64,000 nt of DNA, from NCBI GenBank assembly GCA_963833985.1, contig CAWIAD010000002.1, positions 2,624,001 to 2,688,000 on the forward strand, written 5' to 3'. Shown here one piece after another: positions 10,058 to 17,779 of the stretch (the stretch's first letter is position 1; every line of letters begins with the position of its first letter). The notes below the pieces were generated by a model. That model made no database searches and was not told the origin of the DNA. It saw only the letters and a list, made by a program, of their open reading frames with translations. The translations under genes and the position numbers were made by a program. The stretch comes from an uncultured Planctomycetaceae bacterium (lineage in GTDB: Bacteria > Planctomycetota > Planctomycetia > Isosphaerales > Isosphaeraceae).

Positions 10058-10203
10058 AAGGGGCCATCCACATTTCAGGGCGGCATCATTTCTGCCCGCA
10101 CAGGATTCAAGGTCGGAAGGTGGTCTGACGGTTCGGCTTGCTGTGCCGGGCCGGTTGATGCGGTGCGCGGGTCGGAGGGGAATGTGGATGGCCCTGGGAT
10201 TCC
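10058..10203. repeat. MITE/REPIN-like inverted-repeat element, copy B
   Basis: Perfect 14-bp TIR GGGCCATCCACATT (10061) / AATGTGGATGGCCC (ends 10194). Followed by tandem GATTCCACTCCAC x2 (10198-10223). Confidence 0.92.
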
Positions 10204-10243
10204 ACTCCACGATTCCACTCCACTGGTCTTGAACTGCTGGATG

Positions 10244-10278
10244 CCAGGCGCGGCAGGCGGGCCGCTTCCCGCGCCTGG
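10244..10278 (-). terminator. Hairpin downstream of the Gfo/Idh/MocA gene
   Basis: CCAGGCGCGG...CCGCGCCTGG stem just past the stop at 10290. No clear U tract. Confidence 0.4.
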
Positions 10279-10289
10279 GGTCTACCGGC

Positions 10290-11657
10290 TCAGGCCGGCT
10301 CGACGTTGGGGAGCTCGTAGCCTTTGCGGTACTCGCGGCCGAGCAGGACGTTCGCCTCGGTGTCGGGAGATCCCTTCTGGTCCAGGATCGTCTCGCTGGC
10401 GGCGTCCCAGTAGATCTTCCGGCCAAGCTTGTAGGAGATGTTGCCCAGGTGGCAGACGGCCGTCGAGGTATGGCCGGTCTCGACGTCGCTGATGCACCGC
10501 TCGCGCGACTTGACGCACTTCAGGAAGTCTTGCACGTGCGGCCAGTTCTGGTCCGAACTGCCGCTCTTGATGGCCGCGGTGCGCTGGCGCTCGGGGATGA
10601 CCTGGAAACCCGAGCGATCCAGGTGCAGCGTGGCGTCGGTGCCGTGGAACTGCATGCCGTGGCCGGGATCGCCGCCGATGCCGTGGTTATTCCCCTTGCG
10701 CATCTCGTAGACGTGCACGAACGGGCCGTGCGGGCCGTCGAACTCATAAGTGACCAGCAGGGTGTCGGGCGTGTCGCGGATGTCGTCGAGCGTGAACTTA
10801 CCGCCCGCGGCGTGGACGGACTTCGGCGCGGTCACGCCCATCGCCCAGTGGATGATGTCCTGAAGATGCACGTTCCAGTCGCCGATCATGCCGGCGGCGT
10901 AGTCGAAGAACCAGCGGAACGTGCCGTGGAACCGCACGCGGTTGAACGGGCGCACGGGGGCGGGGCCCAGCCAGCGGTCGTAGTCGACGCCCTCGGGGGC
11001 CGCGTCGGCATCCATGGGCTTGCCGCAGCCGTAGGGAGCCTCGTTGCTGAAGTTCCAGGTGCGGGTCAGGCTCACCCGGCCCAGCTTCCCGTCCTGAACG
11101 AGCTTCACGGCCTTCTGAAAGTGCTCGCCGGAGCGCTGCTGGGTGCCGATCTGGCTGACGCGCTTGTCGCGCCTGGCCGCGTTCACCATGGCCCGGCCCT
11201 CCCGGATGTTGTGGCAGATGGGCTTCTCGCAGTACACGTCCTTGCCGGCCATGCAGGCATAGACGAAGGGGATGGCATGCCAGTGATCGGGCGTGCCGAT
11301 GATCACCGCGTCCACATCCTTGCGATCGAGGATCGCGTGGAAGTCGCCGGTGGTCATGGGCTTCTTGCCGTACTTCTTCTCCACGCGCTCCGCCGTGCGG
11401 TTGAGGTGCCGTTCGTCGACGTCGCAGAGGGCCGCCACCGAGACTTCCGGCGCGCGCATGAAGACGCTCAGGTCATAGCTTCCCTGGCCCCCGCAGCCGA
11501 TGAGTGCCACGCGGAGGGTCTCGCTGGGCGCGGCACTTTCGCCGCGGGCCGTGCGGACTGCGGGATGCAGCGCCGACCAGGCGGCAACGCCGGCCGATGA
11601 CGCGGCCAGGCGGCCGGAACCCTCGATGAAGGTACGCCGATTCACGGTGTGGCTCAT
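10290..11657 (-). CDS. Gfo/Idh/MocA-family oxidoreductase, Tat-exported
   Basis: 'NRRTFI' Tat motif, 'IGCGGQG', 'TPDHWH', 'DVYCEKP', 'QIGTQQRS'. Confidence 0.93.
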   Translation of the reverse strand: MSHTVNRRTFIEGSGRLAASSAGVAAWSALHPAVRTARGESAAPSETLRVALIGCGGQGSYDLSVFMRAPEVSVAALCDVDERHLNRTAERVEKKYGKKPMTTGDFHAILDRKDVDAVIIGTPDHWHAIPFVYACMAGKDVYCEKPICHNIREGRAMVNAARRDKRVSQIGTQQRSGEHFQKAVKLVQDGKLGRVSLTRTWNFSNEAPYGCGKPMDADAAPEGVDYDRWLGPAPVRPFNRVRFHGTFRWFFDYAAGMIGDWNVHLQDIIHWAMGVTAPKSVHAAGGKFTLDDIRDTPDTLLVTYEFDGPHGPFVHVYEMRKGNNHGIGGDPGHGMQFHGTDATLHLDRSGFQVIPERQRTAAIKSGSSDQNWPHVQDFLKCVKSRERCISDVETGHTSTAVCHLGNISYKLGRKIYWDAASETILDQKGSPDTEANVLLGREYRKGYELPNVEPA

Positions 11658-11800
11658 GGGTGGCTCCTCGAGGCGTGGGTCGAAGGGGGCGGCAACGGCA
11701 GGAAACCGCCGCGCGCTCTTCAGGTGGTTCTAATGGCGGCTGGAGCGGCAAGCAAGAGCGAAGCGGTTCGCCGGCCTCGATTGCTAAGGACAATTCGAGG

Positions 11801-12595
11801 TCAGATCACCAGCCGTGCGGACTCGCGGTCGAGATAGAGGGTGGCTCCGGGATGTCGCCGCAGTGCGGTGGCGGGGCAGGCCTCGCTGATCGGGCCCTTC
11901 AGCGTGGTCAGGACCGCGCTGGCCTTGCGCGCACCGGGGACGACCACCGAGACCCTGGGCGCTGAGAGGAGGGCCGGGACGGTCAGAGTGTAGGCGTGCG
12001 TGGGCACGTCCTCGATACGCCCGAAGCAGCCGTCGTGCACCTGCTGGGCGCGACAGGCCTGGTCCAACCGCACGACCTTGACCTGCACGGGGTCCAGGAA
12101 ATCAGCCACGGGGGGGTCGTTGAAGGCAAGATGGCCGTTCTCGCCGATCCCCGCACAGACGAGGTCCGGCGGTTCGGCCATGAGCCTCTGCTCGTACTCG
12201 AGGCAGATGCGGAGCGGCCGATCGGAATGCTCGGCCGGGATCAGCCGCAGCCGGCCGGAATCCAGGCCCACCAGGCCGAAGAGATGTTCGGCCAGGTAGC
12301 GGCGGAATGCCGCGGGGTGGTCGGCTGTCAGCCCGAGGTACTCATCCATGTGAAAGGCGACGACGCGGGCCCAGTCGATTTCCTTGCTGGCCACCAGCCC
12401 GGCCAGGAACTCGTTCTGGCTCGGGGCGGCCGCGAAGATGACGCGGGCGAGACCGCCCGTTTGCTGGCACTCGCGAAGCGTCCGCGCAACGGCCAGTGCC
12501 GCGGCCCGTCCGGCCAGTGCCCGGTCGTCGTACACTAGGACCTGAAGCGAATCGACGGAAAAGCGCGCCGCCAGGCCGGAATCCGCAAGGCTCAT
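11801..12595 (-). CDS. Glucosamine-6-phosphate deaminase/isomerase family (NagB-like)
   Basis: 'VIFAAAPSQNEFL', 'AFHMDEY', 'GIGENGHLAFNDP', 'GPISEACPATALR'. Confidence 0.88.
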   Translation of the reverse strand: MSLADSGLAARFSVDSLQVLVYDDRALAGRAAALAVARTLRECQQTGGLARVIFAAAPSQNEFLAGLVASKEIDWARVVAFHMDEYLGLTADHPAAFRRYLAEHLFGLVGLDSGRLRLIPAEHSDRPLRICLEYEQRLMAEPPDLVCAGIGENGHLAFNDPPVADFLDPVQVKVVRLDQACRAQQVHDGCFGRIEDVPTHAYTLTVPALLSAPRVSVVVPGARKASAVLTTLKGPISEACPATALRRHPGATLYLDRESARLVI

Positions 12596-12742
12596 GGGCA
12601 GACCCTCGCACGTCCCGCAACGCCAGCGCACGCGGCGTGGGGGCCGCTCGCGGTGCTCCGGGGATGCGAGCAAGTTATCCGAACCGGGCGAGGTTCGCCA
12701 CCGGGACGGCCGGAGAACTGGCACACGCTCGGGATGTTTCGC

Positions 12743-12970
12743 TCAGGAGAGAGCAAGATCGGTGGCGTGAGCAACCGATCCCTTGGTTGCGGACCGATCG
12801 GACCGCAGGGCCTGGCAGAGGCGCTGGCATTCGAGCAGATCGCCGATCATTGCCTCGGTCAGGAACGATTGGGTGCTGCCGTCGCCAGCCCACTGTAGCT
12901 GGTCATGGCACCGGGACATGTGGTCGATGAGGTCTTTCATCCACAATAACGTCCGCCGCCGATTGCTCAT
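12743..12970 (-). CDS. Small helical hypothetical protein (75 aa)
   Basis: Protein-like composition, AAGGA RBS, and a sigma54 site upstream. Confidence 0.65.
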   Translation of the reverse strand: MSNRRRTLLWMKDLIDHMSRCHDQLQWAGDGSTQSFLTEAMIGDLLECQRLCQALRSDRSATKGSVAHATDLALS

Positions 12971-13093
12971 GGAAGTGATCCTTCACTGATTTCCAGAAAA
13001 CGCTGGGCCGGGGTTTCACTCACCCGGCGAACGCGTTGGTCACGTCGCGATGTCGCCGCCATGGCTCACCGAAGAGCCGACGAACAAGGAAAA

Positions 13094-13110
13094 AGCAAAG
13101 GCCGTGCCAG
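13094..13110 (-). promoter_or_regulatory. Sigma54 (-24/-12) promoter
   Basis: Minus strand CTGGCACGGCCTTTGCT matches the consensus TGGCACG-N4-TTGCW. It points to the 75-aa gene. Confidence 0.75.
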
Positions 13111-13240
13111 AGCGGAAAGCCGGCCGGCCGCGATGCTCAAAACACGGCCCCGTCCAAACTTGAGAAAAAATCGGCGGATTTCCCCATACCTCGTCCGGAC
13201 CGCCCTCGGGTTGTAAGGATTACAGGCCCAGAGCCGAAGG

Positions 13241-14299
13241 ATGCACGCCGTGAGCTTGCGGAACGAGCCGTTCTGGAGTCTGCCGGGAACCGCGACCACC
13301 GCCTTTCCATTGCCCGGGGCAGGCTCTAGACTGGGGGTAGACGATCCTGCAAGCGGAGGGAACTGGCCGATGCCCACGTGGGAGCGACTCGCGAGCACAG
13401 CACCCGCATCGCAGCAGCGCAGCCTGGCCATGGTGCGTGAGTGGCCCAGGTCCGTGGTGCGCTGGCTGCTCGGGCCCGGCGAGGAGGTGAGCGAGTCGCC
13501 GGACAGCGTGCGCAGCGTGGCGCGGTTCCAGAACATCTGCCTGAGCCGGGAAGCCGGGGCAGGGGGCGGGACGATTGCCCGCATGGTGGGCCAGCGCCTG
13601 GGCTGGAAGGTTTACGACCATGAATTGCTGGAAGCGATCGCTCACCGCATGGGGCTGCCCGTCGATGAGGTACGCACTTTCGACGAGCTGGCACCGAGCG
13701 TGGTGCAGGACTGGCTGCTGCCGCTCCGGGAAGAGCATTATGCTCCCCAGGAGGCGTACCTTGACCATCTTGCCAAGCTGATCGAGGCGATCGGACGGGC
13801 CGGCGAGTCGGTCCTGGTAGGGCGCGGCGCCGGGTTCTTGCTGCCCCGTGAGACGACGCTCTCGCTGCGGGTGATTGCACCCTTACGGATCCGCTCGGTG
13901 CGGCTGGCCGAGCGCATGGGGGTGTCCGTGCGCACGGCGCGGCGGGCCGCCCGGGACCTGGACCGACGGCGCGCCCAGTTCGACCGGACCATGCACCGCA
14001 TGGCCTCCGCGGACCCCCATAACTACGACCTGGTGCTCGATTCGCAGAGCCTGGGCCTGGACATTGCCGTCGAGATGATCGTGAAAGCCGTGGAAGCCGG
14101 CCGGCCTGGTACGCTTTCGTCCGCCGGCGGATCACGATGGGTCTTCACTCCGGGGAATCCCGGCGCGTCCCTGCCCGAGCCCGGGGCTGCTCCCGCCGGC
14201 GAGACGCCGCGATTCTCCATCCTGCCCGCATCCCCGCCCAAACTGGAAGCCCCCCCGAGAGAGAACGAGGCCGGTCCGATCGAGCCCTCCGGAGACTGA
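13241..14299 (+). CDS. Cytidylate kinase-like family protein
   Basis: 'ICLSREAGAGGGTIA', 'LGWKVYDHELL', 'VLVGRGAGFLL', 'DPHNYDLVLDS'. Start uncertain. Confidence 0.85.
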   Translation: MHAVSLRNEPFWSLPGTATTAFPLPGAGSRLGVDDPASGGNWPMPTWERLASTAPASQQRSLAMVREWPRSVVRWLLGPGEEVSESPDSVRSVARFQNICLSREAGAGGGTIARMVGQRLGWKVYDHELLEAIAHRMGLPVDEVRTFDELAPSVVQDWLLPLREEHYAPQEAYLDHLAKLIEAIGRAGESVLVGRGAGFLLPRETTLSLRVIAPLRIRSVRLAERMGVSVRTARRAARDLDRRRAQFDRTMHRMASADPHNYDLVLDSQSLGLDIAVEMIVKAVEAGRPGTLSSAGGSRWVFTPGNPGASLPEPGAAPAGETPRFSILPASPPKLEAPPRENEAGPIEPSGD

Positions 14300-14449
14300 G
14301 GCTGCTCTGCTCCGGAGCCCCGGCCAGGCCGGTGACCTACCCTGAGGAAGCATTCTTGCGGCTGCCACGACGCAGCCTTCTTGCCGTTGCACCGGGCAAG
14401 CCCATGACGGCTTGCGGCGACCCTGAACCTCCATCGCAGGAGCACACTC

Positions 14450-15796
14450 ATGCACGACTCCGTCCGGACTGAGCAGTCCTCGAGACGGCATTTCCTGTCG
14501 GCTTCCGCCACGGCGGTGGCCGCCGGCGCGGCACTGGAACGGGCCATCGCCGCCCGTGCCCACGCGGGCGAGGAGCACACGATCTCCATTGCGTTGGTGG
14601 GCTGCGGCGGGCGCGGCACCGGCGCGGCGACGCAGGCGCTGAGCACCAGCGGTCCGACCCGGCTGGCGGCCATGGCCGACGTCTTCGAGGATCGTCTCAA
14701 GGGGAGCCTGGGCGAGCTGACCCAGCAGCACTCGCACCAGCTCGACGTACCGCCGGATCGGCAGTTCCTGGGTATGGACGCCTATCGCAAGGCGATCGAC
14801 TGCGTGGCCCCCGGCGGCGTGGTGCTGCTGGCCACGCCGCCGGCGTTCCGGCCCATGCACGTGGAGTACGCGATCTCGCGGGGCTGCCATGTCTTCATGG
14901 AGAAGTCATTTGGCGTGGACGCCCCGGGCGTCCGGCGCATCCTTCAGGCGGGCGAGGCGGCGCGCAAGCAAAACCTGAAGATCGCCGGCGGGCTCATGAG
15001 CCGGCACTACCGGCCGCTCGAGCAGGCCGTGGAGCAGATTCACAAGGGAGCCATCGGCGAAGTCATCACCTGCTACGCGTACCGGATGCACTCGCCGGTC
15101 GGCCTGGGCCCGAAAGCTCCCGGCGAGAGCGAGCTGGCCCACCAGATTCGCAACTACTCCAACTTCACCTGGCTCAACGGCAGCTTCCTGCTGGACTGGT
15201 TGATCCACAACCTCGATATCTGTTGCTGGGTGAAGGGCGCCTGGCCGGTTTCGTGCCAGGGCCAGGGCGGGCGCCAGGTGAGGTCGCTGCCCGACCAGAT
15301 GTTCGACCACTACCTGGTGGAGTACACGTTCCCCGACGGCACGCGGCTGATGGCGGAGGGCCGCCACATGGACCAGTGCTGGGGCTTCTTCGGCGACGTG
15401 ATCCACGGCTCGAAGGGCTGTGCGGTGCTCGGTGAAGGGATCACCGATCCGCGCCTCTATCGCGGGCATCAGCCGGTTCCCAGGAACCTGATCTGGAAGT
15501 ACCAGGGCACGCCGAGCCACCACTACCAGGTGGAGCACGACTTGCTGTTCGAGGCGATCCGCCAGGACAGGCCGTACAACGAGGCCGAGCGCTGCGGGTA
15601 CGCGGCCCTGGTGGGCATCATGGGCCGCATGGCGGCCGAGTCCGGCAAGATGATCACCTGGGACGAGGCCCTGAATTCCACCAGGCAGCTCGCTCCGGGC
15701 CTGGACAACCTGACGATGCAGTCCCCCGCGCCGGTGCAGTCGGACGCCTCCGGCCGTTACCCGATTGCCATGCCGGGGTTCACGGACGTCGTCTGA
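14450..15796 (+). CDS. Gfo/Idh/MocA-family oxidoreductase, Tat-exported
   Basis: 'SRRHFL', 'VGCGGRGTGA', 'ATPPAFRPMH', 'VFMEKS'. Confidence 0.92.
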   Translation: MHDSVRTEQSSRRHFLSASATAVAAGAALERAIAARAHAGEEHTISIALVGCGGRGTGAATQALSTSGPTRLAAMADVFEDRLKGSLGELTQQHSHQLDVPPDRQFLGMDAYRKAIDCVAPGGVVLLATPPAFRPMHVEYAISRGCHVFMEKSFGVDAPGVRRILQAGEAARKQNLKIAGGLMSRHYRPLEQAVEQIHKGAIGEVITCYAYRMHSPVGLGPKAPGESELAHQIRNYSNFTWLNGSFLLDWLIHNLDICCWVKGAWPVSCQGQGGRQVRSLPDQMFDHYLVEYTFPDGTRLMAEGRHMDQCWGFFGDVIHGSKGCAVLGEGITDPRLYRGHQPVPRNLIWKYQGTPSHHYQVEHDLLFEAIRQDRPYNEAERCGYAALVGIMGRMAAESGKMITWDEALNSTRQLAPGLDNLTMQSPAPVQSDASGRYPIAMPGFTDVV

Positions 15797-15873
15797 CGGG
15801 CCGGGCTCGACGGTCCCGGGCCTCGAGTCGTGGTGCTCGAGCGTTCCCGTGGCCATCGAGCCCCTGGTCATAC

Positions 15874-15900
15874 GTTTGTCCCTCGTTCCCACGCTCCGCG
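15874..15900. repeat. REP-like palindrome interrupted by the IS4 element (remainder at 17484-17499)
   Basis: GTTTGTCCCTCGTTCCCACGCTCCGCG is identical to 17651-17677. Confidence 0.85.
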
Positions 15901-17483
15901 CTTGTCATTCCCGGAAAACTGCATCCATGCATATGAAATTAGTAGTGTACATGTGCATTGATTCTCGCGCGCTCAAGCTTTGCTCCCCTTACCAGCAGCC
16001 GGAGCACCTTCATGCCGCGCCAGAGCGTGATTCAGCCGGGCATCCCGTCTCGTCGCCGGTTCATATGCCCACCGAGCCGCCCCAGGGCAAGCAACACGTC
16101 TGCCACGGTCTTGAGTTCACGCTCGACCGCCAGACCGAGCACCTCCAGCTCGGGCTCCTCCAGGCCAGTGCTTGCCGCGGGAGCTCCCGGGAAGCCCTTG
16201 CCGAGGCTCGCGCAGATCCAGCAGCCGAAGCGCCACCACGCTCATCACGGCGATCGCAGCGAACAATCGGTTGCCCCGCTCCAGCTGCAAATCCTCAGCC
16301 TTCATGCCCGTCTTGAGGCCCTTGTGAAACTCCTCGATCAGAAAGCGTGTGCCGTAGTCCATCACCACCATGATCGCAGCGCTGAAGCTCTCCGTCGGGC
16401 TGTCCGTGTAGAGCACCCATTCCAGCGGCGCGACGCCTTCAGGCGGGTCTTGCTCCCAGACCCGCACGAACCAGCCGTCGATCGGCTCGCCCGTGCCGGC
16501 CGCGCGGCCCGCACGCTCGGGTGCCCGCACGCGCACCGGACCACAACTGATCAGGAGCTTCGCGCGCTGCGCGGCCTTACCATCGCGGCCACGCAGGTCC
16601 AGATACATTCCCCCCACGGACGCCACGCCCACGATGTGCTCGAAGACCAGCCCGAGCCGCTTACCATCGGCCGGATTGAGCAGAATGCGATTTTGACTGA
16701 CCCGGATCACGAAACCGTGGCCTGCTGCGCGACAGGACTCCATGTACTCATGAATATCTGCTTCTCGATCGGCGACGCGCACCCAGCGGACCTCCGGGTT
16801 CTCTGGTGCCGGGCCAATCCGCTTGCCCGACTCGAGCCAGCGATCCGACTCCCGATCCCGGATCTGCCGTTGCCGCGATCCGGCCTGTTTCGGCGTGTCG
16901 GGATCCCGCGGGATGCGGATGAGGTATTGCTGGTCGGCGAGCCCCAGGATCGTGACCGGGGGCCGACGACCGCTCGCATCAGGTACGGGCGACGAGTCGG
17001 CACGCATCGCAAGGATGGAGTGGAGGAGAAAGCCCTGCTGTCCCGGCTCCGAGTCACCAATCGGCCCAAGCCCGGGTATTGGCTGCTTGCGATGAGAGAA
17101 CGAGGGAAACGTGGTGTCTTCGATGAGGAGATATCGCCCCGGTTTGCGGAGTTCGGCCATCACCAGTCGGCGGTGAGTCGCCTGGATCGCATCGGGGACC
17201 ACCTCGCGTTCGTCGAGGAGGTCATAGGTCGCGTTGATGTCGTACTTGCGGGTGAACAACTCGGGGATCATCTTCCCGGGTTGCTCAGCGAGGGCCTCCG
17301 CAAACGCCATGAGGCGATTCCTCCTGGTGCAATGGCCGAGCCTGATCCCGTCGAACTGCATCCGAGCCCATTGGGCGGGCGGGGATTGGTGGACTGACAT
17401 CCCTGTGAACATAGTTGGCTCCATCCATGACCATGCTGGTAGAATCCAGCCAACCATGTTAACAAATTCTCGGGAATGACAAG
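15901..17483 (-). mobile_element. IS4-family (IS50/Tn5-like) insertion sequence
   Basis: TIR CTTGTCATTCCCG at both ends. 9-bp flanks CGCTCCGCG / CGCTCTGCG (one mismatch). Confidence 0.9.
15939..17457 (-). CDS. IS4-family transposase (frameshift near 16200)
   Basis: 'WARMQF..IRLG..RR.RL', 'IEDTT', 'VADREADI', YREK-like 'YGTRFLIEEFHKGLK'. The C-terminal 'DGMPGWITLWRG' is in a second frame. Confidence 0.9.
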
Positions 17484-17574
17484 CGCTCTGCGCGGGAACA
17501 AATCTGTGGCAAACCTGTTACAGCTTCCAGGGCGGTTTCTGAGGGATTGCAGGCGGTTTCTGAGATTCTGGAAA

Positions 17575-17602
17575 GGGGGGCAGACAGGAATGCCTGCCCC
17601 CC
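17575..17602. repeat. Palindrome GGGGGGCAGACAGGAATGCCTGCCCCCC
   Basis: Hairpin with a GGAA loop in the intergenic region. Confidence 0.65.
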
Positions 17603-17650
17603 GGTCTCAGTCTGCGATCCGAGTGAAAACCGCTCTAGTTATCCCTATAT

Positions 17651-17684
17651 GTTTGTCCCTCGTTCCCACGCTCCGCGCGGGAAC
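17651..17684. repeat. Intact REP-like palindrome
   Basis: GTTCCCACGC-TCC-GCGCGGGAAC hairpin preceded by GTTTGTCCCTC. Confidence 0.85.
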
Positions 17685-17779
17685 CAGTCTGCGGCATACC
17701 TCTTACCCGCTTCTCGTTAACACTTTTTCAACAGTACTGTGCCTGGATGAGCGGCTCACCTGCCCCGAAGACCTCCGGA

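Noticed and set aside
5333..10223. Integron or CALIN interpretation of the islet
   Set aside because: No intI, no attC core sites, and the modules lie on both strands.
6523..10223. CRISPR array interpretation of the repeats
   Set aside because: The repeats are about 140 bp and separated by whole genes. No regular spacers or cas genes.
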